Positions 60,828 to 64,000 of a stretch of DNA of 64,000 nucleotides are shown here, piece after piece (positions within the stretch are counted from its first letter, which is position 1; the number at the start of each line of letters is the position of its first letter). The notes under the pieces are model-generated. The model made no database searches. It saw nothing but the letters and a program-made list of their open reading frames with translations, and had not been told where the DNA came from. The DNA comes from an uncultured virus (IMG/VR IMGVR_UViG_2822120212_000001) (Duplodnaviria; Heunggongvirae; Uroviricota; Caudoviricetes): the IMG/VR virus record IMGVR_UViG_2822120212_000001, positions 1 to 64,000 of that record. The stretch is one strand, 5' to 3'. Made by a program: the position numbers and the translations under genes.

Positions 60828-61769
60828 GTGAAAGTATTTAAATTAACTACAGAAAGTCATGCTCTTTTAGATTTGAATGAACAGAGCTGGGAAACTACTA
60901 TTGCTTATTATGAGAAGGAAACTCATAAGAGAGCGCCCTATTATTGTGATCTAAAAAAGAAAACCAGATATTTTGCTGTTTGTCCTGGTTGTAATAATCC
61001 GGTTCAATTAGTAAATTTGTATGTTAATAAGAAATTACCAGGCAACGAAAAGAAGCAATCCCCACATGCTAAACATCAACCGCATTCAGTTATTGGAATA
61101 GCAACCTATTATCAAGAAAAGTACGATACCTGTGAATTGAGACAGAGAACACCCTTCAGTGATACTGAGAAAAGAGCTGGAACGGAAGTACCAAATGAAA
61201 TATTGCAGCTCATACAACGATATCCAGACATTTTATATAAACATATACGAAAAATAATAGGTATCAATTTTTCTAGACGCGTATTTGAGCGCATGATTGA
61301 TAATTTTCTTCGTGCAAATGGACATTGTTATAAGCGTATTAATAAATTTAATTTGCCGTATGCTTTTCTATATATGCAAAAAAGTACAAGAATTATTAAT
61401 CAACATATTACAGAAGGTCATGCTTATCAAAAAGAAATAATTGATTGTATACAAAATAGTAAATATTTTACTGTATCTGATAATAAAATTACACCTATTA
61501 ACCCGAAGGTTGATGGATTTGTAGAAATTGATTTTTACTTAACAAAACATAAAATAACACCAATTAAAAATATGATTACTCTCTGTATTACTGAATCTAA
61601 GGGAGGGGAAGTTGATAGTTTATTAGAAAAGGAATTTCCAGTAAATGAATCTGATTATATAAATGATATCAACGAGGCGATGGACAATGGGGATAATGAA
61701 ATGGATAGTAATAAAGCTAGATCTCAATTGAGAGAGATGGTACTCAATTGCATTGAAAAAAATAAGTGA
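60828..61769 (+). CDS. Hypothetical protein with N-terminal Zn-binding motif (CPGC...H...C)
   Basis: GGAGGG RBS; AT-rich accessory gene; resembles CoiA-type N-termini. Confidence 0.7.
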   Translation: MKVFKLTTESHALLDLNEQSWETTIAYYEKETHKRAPYYCDLKKKTRYFAVCPGCNNPVQLVNLYVNKKLPGNEKKQSPHAKHQPHSVIGIATYYQEKYDTCELRQRTPFSDTEKRAGTEVPNEILQLIQRYPDILYKHIRKIIGINFSRRVFERMIDNFLRANGHCYKRINKFNLPYAFLYMQKSTRIINQHITEGHAYQKEIIDCIQNSKYFTVSDNKITPINPKVDGFVEIDFYLTKHKITPIKNMITLCITESKGGEVDSLLEKEFPVNESDYINDINEAMDNGDNEMDSNKARSQLREMVLNCIEKNK

Positions 61770-61789
61770 ATGAGAGGTTTAACATATGA

Positions 61790-61982
61790 TATGTTACGCT
61801 TTCTAATTAGAGAATCTGTTTTATAAAACGTGTCCACGATTTATGTCTTACTATATGTAATATTTGTTTAGTGTAATTTTTATGAATATATATAGTTACA
61901 TAAAGTTTTTGAGAAAAAGAAAGTATACTTTGATATTGTGTAATAAGGACAAGGCCCGCCTACGGAAATAGGTGGGTTTTTT
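61790..61982 (+). repeat. Copy A of a ~190-bp duplicated promoter+terminator segment
   Basis: Aligns with 63412-63603; degenerate PlcR box 61887-61902. Confidence 0.8.
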
Positions 61983-62016
61983 AATGCATAAAGAAAAGAC
62001 ACCCTAAAGTGCCTTT

Positions 62017-62226
62017 CTACTCTGTAACAAATTTAAATACATAGTACATAAAAAATAAACAAGATAGATATGCTAGTCTGCCAGCAATCGATTCTTTCAT
62101 AAATTTCATAAGTACCACTTTGATAATCAACGCTAAAAATAATGGTATAAACAGTATCATAGCCAGCTTGATTGCTAAGTCATTTATAGTTGGGTTAAAT
62201 GGTTCAAAATTAATTATGATATTCAC
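62017..62226 (-). CDS. Small 2-TM protein bracketed by element copies 6 and 7
   Basis: GGAAGGT RBS, GTG start, hydrophobic. Confidence 0.65.
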   Translation of the reverse strand: MNIIINFEPFNPTINDLAIKLAMILFIPLFLALIIKVVLMKFMKESIAGRLAYLSCLFFMYYVFKFVTE

Positions 62227-62480
62227 TTACCTTCCTTTTATCCTTTTATATTTATAATAAAATTTATATTGTTTTGTCTAATAGAAAAGAGACCATAAGG
62301 TGCCTTCCTCCAACTTGAACCATCTTAATTTTTATTATATAAGAAAAGAAGACATGGATTAAGATGTCTTCTTTTACTTGTACACTTGGTGTTAAGAAGG
62401 TATTGCATTGCTTAAAAACTATAAAAAAATATAACAATCATCGAGTAAGCCTATTATAGCATCAATAAATAGAGTTTTTA

Positions 62481-62496
62481 TATGTAATATTGCATA
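62481..62496. promoter_or_regulatory. PlcR box
   Basis: TATGTAATATTGCATA matches TATGnAnnnnTnCATA. Confidence 0.6.
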
Positions 62497-62932
62497 TATA
62501 TAGATTTATTTATATTTTATCTATATAGTTAAATTGTCTGTTATTTTTTTTAATTCATTTATTTATTTTATTTTTGTGCGCTCCAGCAATGGAGCCTTTT
62601 TTTATGCAATAAAACATTTTCTTTGCGTTATTTAGTTGATCTATATTAACTTTACCTTCTTAAATTATATCTATATTTTACCAAGTAATTATATAGATAA
62701 CCAGTTTTTTCTAATAATCTATTTGATAAATAACTTTAATGTTATTTATTATTTGTATATTATTATGTTATAATGGTAATCTCTAAAACTACCCAAAAAA
62801 GGCTGCCAGTAATGGTGGTCTTTTTTATATTGGTGAGATTGTACTAGTATGATAGAATAGAATTAACTGTATATTGTGAGGGTGATTGGTTATCCCTTCT
62901 TTCCATTTGGAAGGAAAGGGGGTGATATACCT

Positions 62933-63088
62933 ATGGAGTTTTTGTTTGAGCTTCTAAAAGAATTTGTGAAAGCCATTGTACGTGAAGTTTCTGCGTATGT
63001 TTTTAGGAAACAAATTTTAGAAAAAGATAACAAAAAACCCACTCCTCGTCGCCGTCGGAAGCAAAAGGGTGGGTTTCGTAAAAAATAA
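62933..63088 (+). CDS. Putative type I toxin (51 aa; amphipathic helix + very basic tail)
   Basis: RBS sequestered in hairpin 62892-62923; convergent overlapping antisense unit. Confidence 0.6.
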   Translation: MEFLFELLKEFVKAIVREVSAYVFRKQILEKDNKKPTPRRRRKQKGGFRKK

Positions 63089-63180
63089 ATGATATAACCA
63101 CCACCCTGACGGTAGCAGTTACTAGAAGAGATGTTAGCGCATCTCTTCTTTTATTATATACACAAGGTATTACTGTAATA
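63030..63180 (-). ncRNA. Putative antitoxin RNA
   Basis: Minus strand TTGATT-N16-TATAAT (~63219-63192) and a second TATAAT (63158-63153); AAACCCAC/GTGGGTTTTTT terminator inside the toxin ORF. Confidence 0.55.
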
Positions 63181-63411
63181 CTAATACAGTAATTATATCA
63201 AATGTACATAAAAAATCAATGAGCACGTAATGGATATAATGTACAAAAGAAAAGCCACCCTAAGGTGCCTTCCTCCGACTTGAACTACTTTAATTTTATA
63301 TAAATATACACGTATTACCCCTTTGTTATACGTGTAAACACATCCTATAAAACAGAATCGTCTATATACACCAGATTGTTAGTTCACAAAATATCAAGAG
63401 ATTTGAGATCA

Positions 63412-63603
63412 ATATGTTACGTCTTTCAAAAGAATCTGCTTTATAGAATGTATCCACAATTTATATTTTACTACATGTAATATTTATATAGTGTATTTTT
63501 TACAAATATGTATAATTGCATAAAGTTTACAAGAAAAAGAGAGTATACTTTGGTATTGTGTAATAAAGATATAACCCACCTACGGAAATAGGTGGGTTAT
63601 TTT
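63412..63603 (+). repeat. Copy B of the duplicated segment with intact PlcR box (63507-63522)
   Basis: TATGTATAATTGCATA, TATACT -10, then AACCCACCTA/TAGGTGGGTT hairpin. Confidence 0.8.
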
Positions 63604-63672
63604 ATATCGGTGAGCTTGTTTATGTAATCTAGAATAAATTCGGTGTATATGAGGATGCTGGAAGGGTATTAA

Positions 63673-63999
63673 TTATAGCGCCAAACTTTGTTCGTATCTC
63701 TCTACATCTTCCATAGTTTTAAATATTAATACATCAAAAATTCCTTTTTCATTCCCACATACGACAACAAAACCATCCGTTGCTTCCAAAACTCTACCGA
63801 CGCCGCCATCCGTAAGCTTAATACTGGTGAGATGTTTTACGTTCAGTTTTTCTTCTTTTTGAATATAAGTAGTTATGGGTGTCCCTACAGGAAATGCGCT
63901 TGTGATATCTTCTGTTGTATATGTACCATCTATTGATTGAGTTTGAGCTGCGATGGAATCAGTTTGAGTGGTACATCCTGTTGAGCTTATTAAAAGAAT
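63673..63999 (-). CDS. Probable lipoprotein, 5' end outside the window
   Basis: Open frame ILLISSTGCTTQ...YEQSLAL*. Confidence 0.65.
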   Translation of the reverse strand: MLLISSTGCTTQTDSIAAQTQSIDGTYTTEDITSAFPVGTPITTYIQKEEKLNVKHLTSIKLTDGGVGRVLEATDGFVVVCGNEKGIFDVLIFKTMEDVERYEQSLAL

Positions 64000-64000
64000 T

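Overview
The window holds an apparently near-complete temperate siphovirus of the Bacillus cereus group (host inferred from the BclA-type exosporium leaders, PlcR boxes and gene families). It has no integrase in view but carries a ParA partition locus with centromere-like repeats, so it is most likely a plasmid-prophage. Order: accessory region (1-13.7 kb: exosporium collagen-like genes, lipoproteins, OLD nuclease, helicase+DUF2290), arbitrium-like aimR/aimP/aimX and cI/cro switch (13.9-17.4 kb), early and replication genes (17.4-28 kb), head-tail-lysis genes (30.8-51.7 kb; the tape measure gene is split by a 269-nt group I intron), FtsK + replication-relaxation module with 12-bp repeats (53.5-55.9 kb), partition locus (57.5-59.4 kb), and a second accessory stretch (60.8-64 kb). 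The strongest unexplained signals are non-coding. (1) Beside parA, an antisense-RNA attenuator leads into a ~500-nt structured non-coding region where a rep gene would be expected, a candidate Rep-less RNA-based replicon. (2) A second antisense attenuator sits in front of aimR. (3) An 8-copy sRNA/terminator element punctuates the accessory cassettes. (4) Several minus-strand promoter-sRNA-terminator mini-cassettes are separated by a short recurring junction motif. All family names come from motif recognition by eye, not database searches.
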